The notes under the pieces were generated by a model, which was not told the DNA's origin, searched no databases, and saw only the letters and a program-made list of their open reading frames with translations. From the human T2T-CHM13v2.0 reference genome, Homo sapiens: DNA of 64,000 bases. How positions within the stretch are numbered: the stretch's first letter is position 1; the number at the start of each line of letters is the position of its first letter. Below, in pieces: positions 40,855 through 53,134 of the stretch. Where the stretch lies: the NCBI RefSeq assembly GCF_009914755.1, contig NC_060937.1. One strand, 5' to 3'. Position numbers and translations under genes: made by a program.

Positions 40855-40968
40855 TTAATGCAACTTGAAAGAAAGAAAAAGAAATGGATACATGCAATGG
40901 ATTCTTTAAAACCCAGGTTTCCTGAGAAAAAGCTTTGATACGTATTCTGCATCCAACATAATACTTAC

Positions 40969-41025
40969 TAGATCTAGTGCGGAGCCTCCACCAAGATATT
41001 CCATTATTATCCATAATTTTGTATC
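40969..41025 (-). CDS. STK24: STK24 exon 3: DTKLWIIMEYLGGGSALDL, gatekeeper/hinge
   Basis: tttatAG acceptor, GTAAGT donor; 57 nt, phase 0-0; exons 1-2 lie beyond the right edge of the window. Confidence 0.96.
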
Positions 41026-43813
41026 CTATAAAACAAAAAAAAGAAGAGAATCATTTTCAAAATGAATCCAGGAAAATTTTTTTTAATAATCAAAGGGTAT
41101 TTTTCACAATTATATTGGAACTAGAAAGTTTTACAAACATGTACCAGCACGGGAAGTGTGTCAAAGTGAGAGCTGTGCAGGGACCTCCAGAGTGCAGGGA
41201 CACCCCCATCATGCTCTGGGAGGGAGCTGTGGGGTGTGCTCGGGGGCCCGCACCTGACTCCCCAGGGCTCCAGGGCATGCGTTCCACCGACTGCCCCAGG
41301 ATCTCAGAAAGCAGACTGGGTGTTTCCATTTTTAGGCCACTTCACTGGGGGATCCTCAGGCACAGTGAGAGCTGAGAACTTGCAGCCACTTGAGGCAGTG
41401 GTGTCACACACATCGGGAGAGCAGTGCCAAGGCAAGACCCTCTCCTCTTCCTCCCTCCTGCAGCACTGAGCCTCCCCTGCGCCCCCCACCCCCTACCGTG
41501 TGTCTCCAGGTCCCTGTGAGTGGAGGGGCCGCCTAGCGTGGCCTCCGACTCACTTGCCTGTTTGGCAGAAGGGCAGCCAATTCTAGCACCTCCCAAAGCT
41601 GCCACAGTCTCCCCTCAGGGAGCTTTCCAGAAAAGCAGGTCTGTCCTAACATGCATGTCTGTGTCCTCTCAAGGCCCCGGCTCTCACAGTCCCCAGCTCT
41701 GCGCCTGCCTTCCCTGTGGTCTCTCTTCAAGCTACTCAGCCCTCATGACTTGCAGAGTTCTCTTTTTAAAACCACAAATCCCAAAGTGCTACTCCCTGGA
41801 AAACAAGCCCGCAAACCTGTCCGCCCTCCTTGGGGAGCCAGGCAGTGCAGGGCACGGGGCAGCCTGGGCAGGGTCTGGATCCCGACTCCCACTTCACGAC
41901 CTAGGGGCCCGGGCAGCTGTCTCCTGAGCTTCTGCACGAGGCCTTGGCCAAGAGCCTGGCCACGGCGAGCAGCCAAGAACCCATGGCTGGCACGGGACGC
42001 CACCGCCAGAGTTTGGGTTCACAGTGGGTTCACGGGGTTCAGACGTCAGCCTGCTCCGCTGCTGACTCAGGACTCGGTGGTGGCTTTTGCACACATGGAG
42101 GAAAAAAAAAGAAGAAACCTTTTTTAAGGCTCTTTGGTCCCTTTGGGAGAGCACTGAGTCCGGCTCTTAGAACACCCAAGGAAGACCCCTCAGTTCGCCC
42201 CTGACTCCAGGTCTCACTGCGCTGACTCCAAGTGAGCTCACCCTTTGAGAACACGCCCCAACTTCCCAGGCCTTTTTGCTTTTGGAGGTTCCGCAAGTCA
42301 GGAAAATGCTTCACTTGTCTTCCCTCCCCACGCCCTGGGCAAACTTTACTTTTATTATCTATTGCTCTGATTTTCATTTCAGGTTTACTTCTCTGCATTT
42401 TCCACTTAACAGCAAACTCAAGTGCTCAGGGACAGCGCTGGTGTGCTCGAGCTCAGTAAATGTTAACTGTGGACCCTGTGACCAAGGAAGAGTAACTCGT
42501 GTTGACTCTAGGGAGGCGCTAACGGTAAGATGCACTGCATTTATAAAATACATTCCTCTCACAATTCAAACTAAATCCTGCCATCTGGAGTTGATTCTAA
42601 GACAGTCCAAATAAACAGCCCAAGTTTTAATGTATGTTGAATGCTTTTCAAGCGTTTAAATGCCCTTGACTGCTAAGATAATAAAGACAACTTCAGTCTT
42701 GACCGGACAAGTGCGGAAACCTCGAATGATGTGTCTGACACCCAACTCAGAGGGACAGGCATGTCGCTCATTCAATAACCATCCAGTCACGGGCACCTGC
42801 CTTGAGGAGGCTTGGTGATCCCAGGTTCTGATTTCAGGGAAGCTTCCATCATCAAGAGTGTCCTTCAGCACACCTTCATCTCACACACACGCTCGCCTGC
42901 AGGCTTCCACAATGCTTGCTCCTGGGGAATGGGTATGCCACAGTAAGCTCTTCCAGGAAAACACCAGTATCTTTCTAGATGGCAAAGGAAATCTAAATCG
43001 CTTTTCCCTAAGAGAGCTGGGAACTCTGACGTTTCTACTCCCACTCCCTTTTTAACAGCTGCTGTTTAACTGGTTTCACTGGCTCCCATCCCTTCTATTT
43101 TCTGGGCATTAAGTCTGCTCACAGCAAGGGGAGCTCCCAGCAGGGAGGTAATCTCCCCGCCTCTTCTCCCACTGTAGCCAGCTGTGCAATATGACACCCT
43201 GGGAAACAATCTTTTGCTGACTTAGGGGACTGAGGGTCACCAGGCAGCTTCCTGGAGCAGCAAGGCACAAGTGACCACCCCCTCGTCCTTCTGCACTTCC
43301 AAAGCTCCGCCCTCCTCAGTTCGCTGCTCTCTCAATCTGACCACGAAGGTACGTCACCACTTGCCAAGCAAACAAGATAAGTTTCACCTGGCTACCTTCT
43401 CCTTTTAAGGAGCCCTAGCAAGACACCTCAACCAAGTTTTCTGTGTCGCCCTGATCCTTCTGGGGACGTGCAAGCAACAACAGAACATCCAGAGCTCTCT
43501 ACCCAGAGCAAACCCCGCCTCAGGACCAAGGCCGCCTCCTTCCTGGAGAGGAAGATGGAGAAATAACACAGCCTTCCCGCTTCCCTCCAACTCATTCCTG
43601 GTAGCAGACGCGCTGGGTGGCAAGGCTACCCAGACACAAGGCTCACCAGAGGGCACTCAGGAAACCAGCTCAAGTCCTTATTGAGGTCACTGCGTCTCAA
43701 ATACCCGGGCTGGGCCTGTGACTCACACACCAGCACCAACAACCAGGGGGTGGGATATTGCATCAGGAAAAGCTCCACTCTGGGTGGAACCTGCTTTTCA
43801 ACCTCATTGGGTG

Positions 43814-44483
43814 TGTCACCGCCCAGTGGGTTCACCTTGCCCGCTGCCTAGACAGAGCCGACTCATCAAGACAGGGGAACTGCAGTTGAGAAAGAGTAAT
43901 TCACGCAGAGCCAGCTGTGCAGGAGACCAGAGTTTTATTATTACTGAAATCAGTCTCTCCGAGCATTCGGGGAGAATTTTTAAGGATAAGCTGGTGGGGT
44001 AGGGGAAGCCAGTGAGCCAGAAGTGCTGATTGGTAAGAGATGAAATCACGGGGAATCAAAGCTGTCTTCTTGTGCTCAGTCAGTTCCTGGGTGGGGGCCA
44101 CAAGATCAGATGAACCAGTTTATTGATCTGAGTGGGGCCAGCTGATCCATCAAGTGCAGGGCCTGCAAAATATCTCAGGCACTGATCTTAGGAGCAGTTT
44201 AGAGAGGCTCAGAATCTTGTAGCCCCAAGCTGCCTGACTCCTAAGCCATAATTTCTAATCTTGTGGCTAATGTTAGTCCTACAAAAGCAATCTAGTCCCC
44301 AGGCAAGAAGGAGGTCTGCTTTGGCAAAGGGCTGTTACCGCCTTTGTTTAAACTGTAAGTTTCTCCCAAAGTTAAGTCAGCCTGTGCCCAGGAATGAACA
44401 AGGACAGCTTGGAGGTTAGAAAGATGGAGTCAGTTAAGTTCGATCTCTTTAGTCTCAGTCATCATTTTGCGAAGGCGGTTTCA
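43814..44483 (-). mobile_element. LTR8 solo LTR (ERV1)
   Basis: - strand begins TGAAACCGCC and ends GGGCGGTGACA; 670 bp; imperfect 4-bp TSD ggtg/ggtt; AATAAA at 43939-43934. Confidence 0.8.
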
Positions 44484-44712
44484 GGTTTGCAAGCATTCCA
44501 GCCGCTGAAGGTCGGCCCGGGGGACCGGATGGAGCCCGCTAGACACAGGCAGCAGCTGCACCACCGCCTGGCACTTCTGGGGCTCTCTTCCTGTGCTCTA
44601 TGCACCAGCCATTAATGGAGGAGGACCCTAACACCCAACGCCAGCCACTAAGACAGCAGCTTTCCCCTCCTTCCCACAGAAATGGGAGGAAGCGGAAGAG
44701 GAGCAGGGACAG

Positions 44713-44932
44713 GAACACATGGACTCGGGGAGGGGAACATCACACACTGGGGCCTGTCGGAGGGTGGTGGGCTAGGGGAGGGACAGCATTAGGAGAAATA
44801 CCCAATGTAGATGACGGTTTGATGGGTGCGGCAAACCACCATGGCACATCTATACCTATGTAATAAACCTGCACGTTCTGCACATGTACCCCAGAACTTA
44901 AAAGTATTAAAAAAAAAAAAAAGAAAGAAAAA
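44713..44932 (+). mobile_element. 5'-truncated L1PA 3' UTR with A tail
   Basis: gaacacatggac...ggggaacatcacacactggggcctgtc...ccagaactta plus A tail; gggacag TSD-like. Confidence 0.9.
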
Positions 44933-45216
44933 GGGGACAGAGTGAAGGCCGGGTCTCAGTCTTCTGGTGCCCATACATGTGGGCCGCACTCGCGCCACAC
45001 CCCTGCAGCACTGCACTGGGAAGGTAGGACAACAGACAGTCAACATGGGCGCCAGAAGAGGGCCCTGAAATGTGCCTCCAATGAGATCCCAAAGAATCGT
45101 TTCTACCACTACCAATCCTAAGGAAGAAACCTTCAAAGGTGAACACACGGATAAGCTTGGGAAAGCAAGAGACAAGCTTTGGGGGCTGCAGGCAAGGCTC
45201 TCCTTCACAGCCACAC

Positions 45217-45419
45217 CAGGGATCCTCCACCCCAGCACTGACTTTTGGAGCTGCTCAGCTCTGCTGCAGGCCTCCCCCATGCACTGCAGGGTGTTCAGCA
45301 GCACCCCTGGCTCTGTCCACTAGATGCCGGTGACACACCCCAGGTTCTGATAACTGAAAATGTCTCCAAACATCGTCAGTGTCCCCCAGAGGGCAAAATC
45401 ACCCAACAGAGAACCGCTG
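45217..45419 (+). mobile_element. MER20
   Basis: gcactgcagggtgttcagcagcacccctgg, ccactagatgcc, aaaatgtctcca, gggcaaaatcaccc, gagaaccgctg. Confidence 0.8.
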
Positions 45420-45549
45420 AACTACACCCACGATGGACGCTGACAAATCTGACATGGTTCCTGACCAGAAGCACCGTTCAGCCATTCTTCCTCGTCTTGG
45501 CTTACACACTGAAACTCCTGCAGCAGGAAGACCAGCTCTTACCAGGAGA

Positions 45550-45710
45550 CATCAGGCAAGTCATTTAAACCCTCTAAATTCTTCATCCACAACAAGATGG
45601 GAATCAGATCGGTGCTTCCAACCTCACAGTTCCAAGTGACAATTAAATGAGATCATGAGTGGGAAAGCACTTGGCAAAATTCATGGTGCTCAACAGATGC
45701 AAAGTGCTAT
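45550..45710 (+). mobile_element. MIR remnant
   Basis: ggcaagtcatttaa...acctcacag...attaaatgagat...aaagcactt. Confidence 0.6.
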
Positions 45711-46695
45711 CAGCTTTATCAACATCATCACCCAGAAATGCCTCTGAATAACCTGGTAAAACCAAAAGGGCCCAATTAACAATTCTAAGTAGTTTCTAAG
45801 CAAAATGAAGCCTGGTACAATGATTCACGTATTCTGCACCAGAGGCCTCATGGCAGGAGCGTCTGAGTGGCAGCCTGTTCTCCGGGAAGGACCCAGCTCT
45901 GTCCTGCAGATGTGGAACCACTGTCCTCATAAAACCTTCCAAACCATGACTTCTGAGGCACTCATTCCCCAAGAAAAATAAACCAGCAGGCTTCTCAACA
46001 CAATGATGACTTTAATCGAAATAATTTCATGTTTTTTCAACAACCTCAAATAACCTAAGTTATGAATGACCTCGTGATACAATTTTCTCATCAGGGAAAT
46101 AAAAGTATTCATTTAATTAATAAATTCTGGAGTGAAAATTTAAAAGGTGCCAAAGTATATACAGTGAGAAGTCTCCCTCCCACCCTGGGCCCCCATTACC
46201 CAGCAAACCAACCGTCCCTGCCCCAGCAAGTCATCACGACATCTAATGTAACCTCAGAGAAAAATAGTTATGCACATACGAGCAAATACCTACAAAACTT
46301 TACCCCCCTTTTACCCAAACGGTGGCATTCTACACACACTGTTGTTTACCTTGCTTTTTACCTAAAGTTTCTTAAAGAGCAGTCCATATGTAAAGGACTT
46401 CCTCATTTTTTTAACCATAATTAGCCCATGCCTTATTGAGCTCACATTGTTTCCATTTTTCGCTCTGACGGCCCAGGTGTCAAGGAAGAGCTGTACATTT
46501 GTCAGTTTTGCTGGGTCCTGGAAGCAGACCTGCTGGGTGAAGGGACTCCATCTGAATTTTTAACAGATACTGACAAGTGACCCTCCAAAGAGGCTGTCCC
46601 ATATATGGCCTCAGCAGTGTCTGAGGGTGCTAATTTCCCCCTTTCCCATGCCACAGTGTCATCAAGTTTTATTTTATTATTATTTTTTGGTCATT

Positions 46696-46863
46696 TTTAT
46701 GGACTGAATTGTGCTTCCCTCTCCCACACACCCACGATTCACATGTTGGAGTCCCAATTCCCAACACTGCAGAATGTGACTCTTTAAAGAGGTGACTGAG
46801 TTGCAATGAGCTCATTAGGGTGGGCCCTGATCCAATACGGCTGGTGTCATAAAAAGAGATGAA

Positions 46864-46916
<53 letters not shown>

Positions 46917-47085
46917 GAAGACCACATGAGCACACAGGGAGAAGACGGTCATCCACAAGCCAAGGGGAGAGGCCTCCCAAGAAACCACCCTACCAACATC
47001 TTTCCAGGTTTATTAGCAAACGAATTCCTGCTGAAGGCTCCCAGTCTGCGCTACTTCGTTCTGGCAGCCCCAGCAAATTAAGCCA
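46696..47085 (+). mobile_element. MLT1B-like MaLR solo LTR
   Basis: tatggactgaattgtg...ggtgggccctgatccaata...aagccaaggggagaggcctc...ggcagccccagcaaa. Confidence 0.75.
46865..46914 (+). repeat. (AC)25 microsatellite inside the MLT1B
   Basis: Perfect dinucleotide run. Confidence 0.97.
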
Positions 47086-48889
47086 GTTATTCATTCATAC
47101 ACAAAGGATGCTTCAGGGGAGTTTTATTTATCTTTCTCCTATTGTAAGGCTGAACATCTTTATATATTGAAGAGTCATGCATATTTTCTTTCCTGTGAGC
47201 TGTGTATATCCTTTGTCCATTTTTCTATTGGGTTACTGACCTTTTTTTTAAAGTAGGAGTTTTTAACATATTGGGAAAGTTCGCCTTCTGTAATAGGAGC
47301 TGCAAACACTAGCTTTTGCTTCTGGTAATTTTTGCTTACAGAAATTAATTTAATATAGACATACTATCAATAACCATAGCACTTCCAGGCAAACTTGCCC
47401 CAAAGTATTTGGAAGTGCCTCCTAAGAACCCGGAATCATTGACCGGAACCAGGGCCCCCACATTAACAACTCTCACAGGAGCTTGGCAGAGGTCACACGA
47501 ACCCACCAAGGTTAAAAAAAAAGACAAACGAGAAAGGGCAGATGCTACACAGCTAACAGTGAAGATTTTAAAACAGGAATTCGAAACTGCAACTCTGCTC
47601 TGCACCTGAAATGCCCTTGGCAGCCTCCACATTTCACCAGCTGTAACCAAAGGCCAAGACCAAGAGGTATAAACAATGCAGCGGGCTTTATTAAAATCAC
47701 ACGGGGTCACAGACTTCCTTAAGAGCGTGAGTTTTTGTAAAAGGTACCTTTCCGCGCAGATGACGCATGTGGCCTCAAAGCCTTAAGGCCTGGTTTGCAT
47801 CCAGGCTCAGGCCAGCTCTGATGGCAACTACAACAAGGCCTCGCCTATGAGCCTCCACTTCCCATTGCCCCCGGGACTAATGTGCATGCTCCTCAGAGGG
47901 GCTTCGATGATGATGAAGTGAGGCCGTGTACACAGCAAGACTCATCAACTTGAACCACTATTACTGTGTTAACTCCACAGTGTCCTCTGTCTGAACTGCA
48001 GGCTTGCGAACCCGGAAGAAATCCAAGCCTGTTGCCTATTTTACCTTCAGAGCAGCCCCTGACCATCTTCAAAGTGCAGGAACCATTCCTGAGCTGGAAA
48101 AGCTTATGTGGTTGTTCCTCAGGCTCACAGACGCTAGGATTTCTTAACTGATTCATCTAACACATAACATACCTACTAGGTACCCAGGGTGGCTGAGGGG
48201 GAACGCAGAGTGAGTAACACCCTGGCTCTGGCTTTCAGGAACTTCTAATGACAGAAAAGTGGGCAAATAATTAGCATCAGACAGCCAGTGGCAGATGCCA
48301 CAAAAGACAGGGAACACCTGGTTGCTCACGAAGGTCCGTCTAACCTCCAGGAGGGAGGCGGCACCTGAGCTGCTCCCTGAAGGGCTGTGACCTGCCAGCC
48401 TGGGGCAGGGGGTGTGTTTCTCACAGGCTCAGGTGGAGAAGAGGAGGAAAAATCCTGTTCGCAGAGGGCAGCTAGGAATGAGAGGGACACCCTTGAAGCC
48501 AGCTGATGGTGTTCAAAGTTAATTTAATAAGCAATGGGAAGTCAGCGAAACTTGTGCTAATAGAACAAATGACCAGCCACTGCCTACAACAACAAATACA
48601 TGAGGAGAAAAGGAAAGTAAGAGCGAGGAGAAAAGCAAAGTAAAAGCAATGAGAAAATCAAAGCAGAAGGTCAGGGAAAGGCCCAAAACGGTTCTAGAAG
48701 TGGCACTGATGAGCACCCACAGTGGACAGGCATGGAAAGAAGAGAAGCCAGAAGCCAAGATGGTGTCCTCCTCTGCACCCAAGACAGCCAGCTCTGCCAG
48801 GACAAACAGCAACAGCAGGTAGGTAGGGGAGGGAGTGGAGATGGGTGCCTGCATTTCTGTGACATTGAGGAAACACTCTGGTGGGATAT

Positions 48890-49034
48890 TCAGCAAGCCA
48901 GCTGCTTCCTTTGCTGGCTCCTGTGTGCACAGATATAAACCTTTTTCTCTCATTAATATGTCACTTATCAGTTTAATCTGCAGGCCCCAAATGCTGAACC
49001 TAACCTAGAGAAAAAGAGTTTTTCCTTCCTGACA
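48890..49034 (+). mobile_element. MER34/MER39-like LTR 3' fragment
   Basis: tcagtttaatctgcaggccc...gaaccta...gtttttccttcctgaca ending. Confidence 0.45.
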
Positions 49035-50774
49035 AGTGAACTATTGCCAAATTTTTAACTCAAAGGGCATGTTGATCATATGCAAGCCACCCTAGGTAAA
49101 TAAAGTCCAGCCCTATCACTTATTATCTTTAGTTAATAAGAGGACCCTATATTCACCGGAAAACATTACATCCTGTGGGTCACTCTTCCCATGTACTACC
49201 CTAGTTCCAAACTGCATTTTGAACTCTTACATTATCTCAGCAACACAATTAAAGGGGTGGGGGCAGGACATACAATACTAAGTTGGACTAACGTCCAGGG
49301 TCAAAGCTTCCACGTGATGAATGTGGAGTAAAGGCGCCGGCCTTCCATTCTCCCAGGTGATCATTATTAGAAAAGAACCAGCCAGCAGTGACAGCTTCCA
49401 GTGTTGGAGAAAACCCGGATTGGACAATGTGGAAGGAAGGCCTCATCCTCCCTTGTGTTCGCAAACAAAAACGTCCAACTTAGGCACACAGCAGCTCAAC
49501 GTCTCCAACCCACTCCCATAGGGAAGGCAGCCTACATTAAAAAAAAAAAAAAAACAGAACACTGGAGTTTCTGTAGCAAATCATGTCACTACTGATTGCC
49601 TACTAACCTGAGGAGGCTTCCCACAGTGAAGGAGAGGCTAGATGGAGAATGAGAAGTGTTCTCTGGAGAAAACGAGAGAGAGCTGCAAAGATGCATGGGG
49701 ACCAGCCCAGCACAGAAAGCCGGGGGAGCTGTCAGGCTAGGGTGGAGAGGGAAGCACTGGTTGTCCTTCCCTTTCAGATGCCAGGCACTGCGCTGGGTTT
49801 CTGGCGTACATCATGTCACCAGTCCTCACCACGTTCCCGTGAGCTGGGGGTACAGCTAGCCCCCTTACAGAAGAATGCAGAAGCCCACCGGACCTACACC
49901 CCTTCTCATCTCCCTGCGAGCAATGCCTTCTCTGCTGACCCTAAACTAATGTCCAAGTTCCCAACAGGTGGCTTAGTCACTATTTTTAGGTATGAGCATG
50001 GGGTAGGGGGAGATCACTGCTGATTAGGAAAAGGAGCGGGGAGGGAGACCCCAGGCTTCGCTCTTCCAGAGGGCCCCAAATGCAGGAAGAAGTGCTTCAA
50101 AGCAAGGAACGTTTTCTTGTGCTGGCAACAAACGTTCACTGGGAGAAAGGCCGCTGTAACATCAACATCAACTTAAACATAGGGGTGCACGATAAAACCT
50201 GAAATAACACAAAGAGGAACAAAACGAAGCAACTGAAAATTACTGGATCACATCCTCACATCAAAGAAAAAAATCTAAACCATCACTACAAGTTAGCTAC
50301 AAATAATACTGGAAACACTGCAACACCAAAAGCTATACAATCCAGCCAAAGATTTATTTCAAGGAAACCCACAGCATTACAAACATTCATTACTAAGCCA
50401 AAAAAAAAAAAAAAATACTAAGTGTTCAATCCAAAAGTCTAAGAAGGAAAGCAAAGAATAGAATAAAGATACATGCATAAATAATCAAAAATATTGGGAT
50501 GAGAAATGAATCCAATCATTTTTAAAATAGATAACTTCCAGTTACTATAACCAAGGAAAAAATAGATCACATATCCATTTGCAATAGAGCAATAAAAGGA
50601 CAGGAAAAAATTTTTAATGCAAATAAAACACATGGCAAAATTTTACAATAGTAAATTTGAACATACAGAATTAGACAATTTCAATAATTTATTAATAAAA
50701 TTTACTCAAGAAAGAATAAAAACTATAGGCAGAAAAGGGTGGGTGAAGAAATAGATCAATTCACCTCCTTTAAA

Positions 50775-50782
50775 GTGCGTGC

Positions 50783-50816
<34 letters not shown>
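50775..50816 (+). repeat. (GT/GC)n alternating purine-pyrimidine microsatellite
   Basis: gtgcgtgcgc followed by (gt)n. Confidence 0.95.
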
Positions 50817-50819
<3 letters not shown>

Positions 50820-52545
50820 CAAATCAACAGATCGCAAGAGGCTCAAATGGTTTTGCCCTTGAATAATTCCAAAACGTGAAGGAACTGGTAATTTTAGCAA
50901 CTCCTTCAGGGCACAGTATTTTTTAAGGGCATCACAACATAATGCCAAAATCAAGGAGGAAGAGGAGGAGGAAGAGGTTCCTATTAAGGAAGGATGAGAA
51001 CTCCTAGAAAGTGGGAGGGTGCAGTTCTATGTGTGAAGAGCGAAGCCCTTTCTGCGATAGGAAGCTGTAGTCTAGTGAGAGGGGCTGGCCCAAAGAGGGC
51101 CCTTTCTAGGGGAGGAAAAAAGGGTGCTTTTGGAAATGAGTATGTGATGTATGAGAGTCTCCGGGTATTTAAATCTTTTTCAGCTCTTTTTCTCGAATAC
51201 CACCGGCCCACCCCTAGCAATCCTCAGGATTTGCTCCGCACAGCCCACCCCCAGGTGGGCAGGATGCAGGCTTTTCAAGAGGCTTGAGCTGGGAAAGCAG
51301 GAAAGCCTCATTCTCCTTCACACAGGGTGGCCACAGGCTTCCTTAGGAAGAAAACAACCCCACAATTTTTCTCTCCCTGGTCAAGAAGGGAGGATCCATA
51401 CCACCATCTTATATTAGTACCATGGGGCAGCAACTCATACTGTACTAAATACTTCATGAAGAGAACTCCACTGGATTCTCCCAATCATCCTGTCTCCCCT
51501 TAGGTAATCAGCCTCTTCCCATTTTACAGATTAAGATGCCTGCACATGGCAAGGAAGGAGAGAAACTGGGACTCAAATCCAGATTTCCTGACATTGCATC
51601 AGATGCCTAAATAAGAACCACAAGAAAAAAAAATTCACAGACTATTAATTTCTAAAGGATTCCAGTAAGAAAAATACTTTGACTGTTCTTAACATTTAAT
51701 TTTTAACTGATTTCCTTTTAGAAGCCAATGAACTCTAATCTGACTGTCCAAAAAGTACATCAATTTATGAAAACAATTGCCTGTAATTTGAAAGGTTTAC
51801 GTGCCTCATTCCATCATGCAAGGTTTAAGAACTCCTGATCCCCTTTAATAAACTGGAAAGAACACTGGGCATTCCCTAAAACATTCTTCTTGGGATTTAT
51901 GTCACAGACCATCTCTTTTGGAAAGGGTTGCGTGTGTGCGTGTGCTCGCGTCCAATATGTACAGAGATGTTCCTCTTTTCCATAAACACAAACTTGACAC
52001 ATTAAATCTGCTAATGGGAAGTTTCTGTGCTTAAATTCTAGCAGATACTAAGAGGAATAAAAACATTCTGCTTAAACTTAAGGATGCTTACAAAGCAATC
52101 AGGGAAATACAACTACAAATAACCTAAATCTGAGGGAAAAGAAAAGAAACAACAAAGAGAAGCAGGAAAAAGTACCCTGGGAGGCAAGAGAGAGATTTTT
52201 TCTTTCCTCCCCATCCATCTTCATTAAAGAGCAAACATCACAGTAAATGATCATCAACTGCCAAGTCAGATAAGTTCCATGCCATCATCTTGCTATGAAG
52301 CTAGTAACACGTGTTCTTTCTGCAAAAGTGGAGTATTTCTAATAATTACAATATTGTTCTGCTAGATGACAATCTTAATGTCAATATGTAACATGTTACA
52401 AATATCAATGAAAACCAAAAAAAGTGATTTTTTATGACTTAGCATTAATTCTTTCAAGACCCAGCCGAAAGAGACCAAACAAGACCAAGTCAGAAAGTAT
52501 GTCTGAGAAAGAATAAAGACTTAACGGTATTCTGCAAAAAAAAAA

Positions 52546-52813
52546 TTTTTTTTTTTTTTTTGAGAGGGAGTCTCACTGTGTTGCCCAGGCTGGAGTGGAG
52601 TGCAGTGGTGCGATCTTGGCTCACTGCAAGCTCCGCCTCCCGGGTTCACACCATTATCCTGCCTCAGCCTCCTGAGTAGCTGGGAATACAGGTGCCCGCC
52701 ACCATGCCCGGGTAATTTTTTGTATTTTTAGTACAGACGGGGCTTCACCGTGTTAGCCAGGATGGTCTCGATCTCCTGACCTCGTGATCCGCCCGCCTCG
52801 GCCTCCCAAAGTG
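52546..52813 (-). mobile_element. 5'-truncated AluY
   Basis: tgcaagctccgcc, gttagccaggatggtctcgatc, ctcgtgatcc diagnostics; lacks the first ~33 nt; TSD aaaattttt. Confidence 0.92.
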
Positions 52814-52835
52814 TAAAATTTTTAAGAAGTGCCTC

Positions 52836-53134
52836 GGCCGGGCACGGTGGCTCAAGCCTGTAATCCTAGCACTTTGGGAGGCCGAGGCGGGTGGATCACG
52901 AGGTCAGGAGATCGAGACCATCCTGGCTAACACGGTGAAACCCCGTCTCTACTAAAAATACAAAAATTAGCCGGGCGTAGTGGCGGGCACCTGTAGTCCC
53001 AGCTACTCAGGAGGCTGAGTGAGGCAGGAGAATGGCGTGGACCCGGGAGGCAGAGCTTGCAGTGAGCCGAGATTGCACCACTGCACTCCAGCCTGGGTGA
53101 CAGAGCCAGACTCGTCTCAAAAAAAAAAAAAAAA
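52836..53134 (+). mobile_element. Full-length AluY
   Basis: AluY diagnostics; TSD aagtgcctc at 52827-52835 and 53133-53141. Confidence 0.95.

Larger units (their letters stand above)
46100..47345 (-). mobile_element. Old L1M remnant interrupted by MLT1B
   Basis: gtatatcctttgtccatttttctattggg and ttgtttccattttt L1 antisense motifs. Confidence 0.55.
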
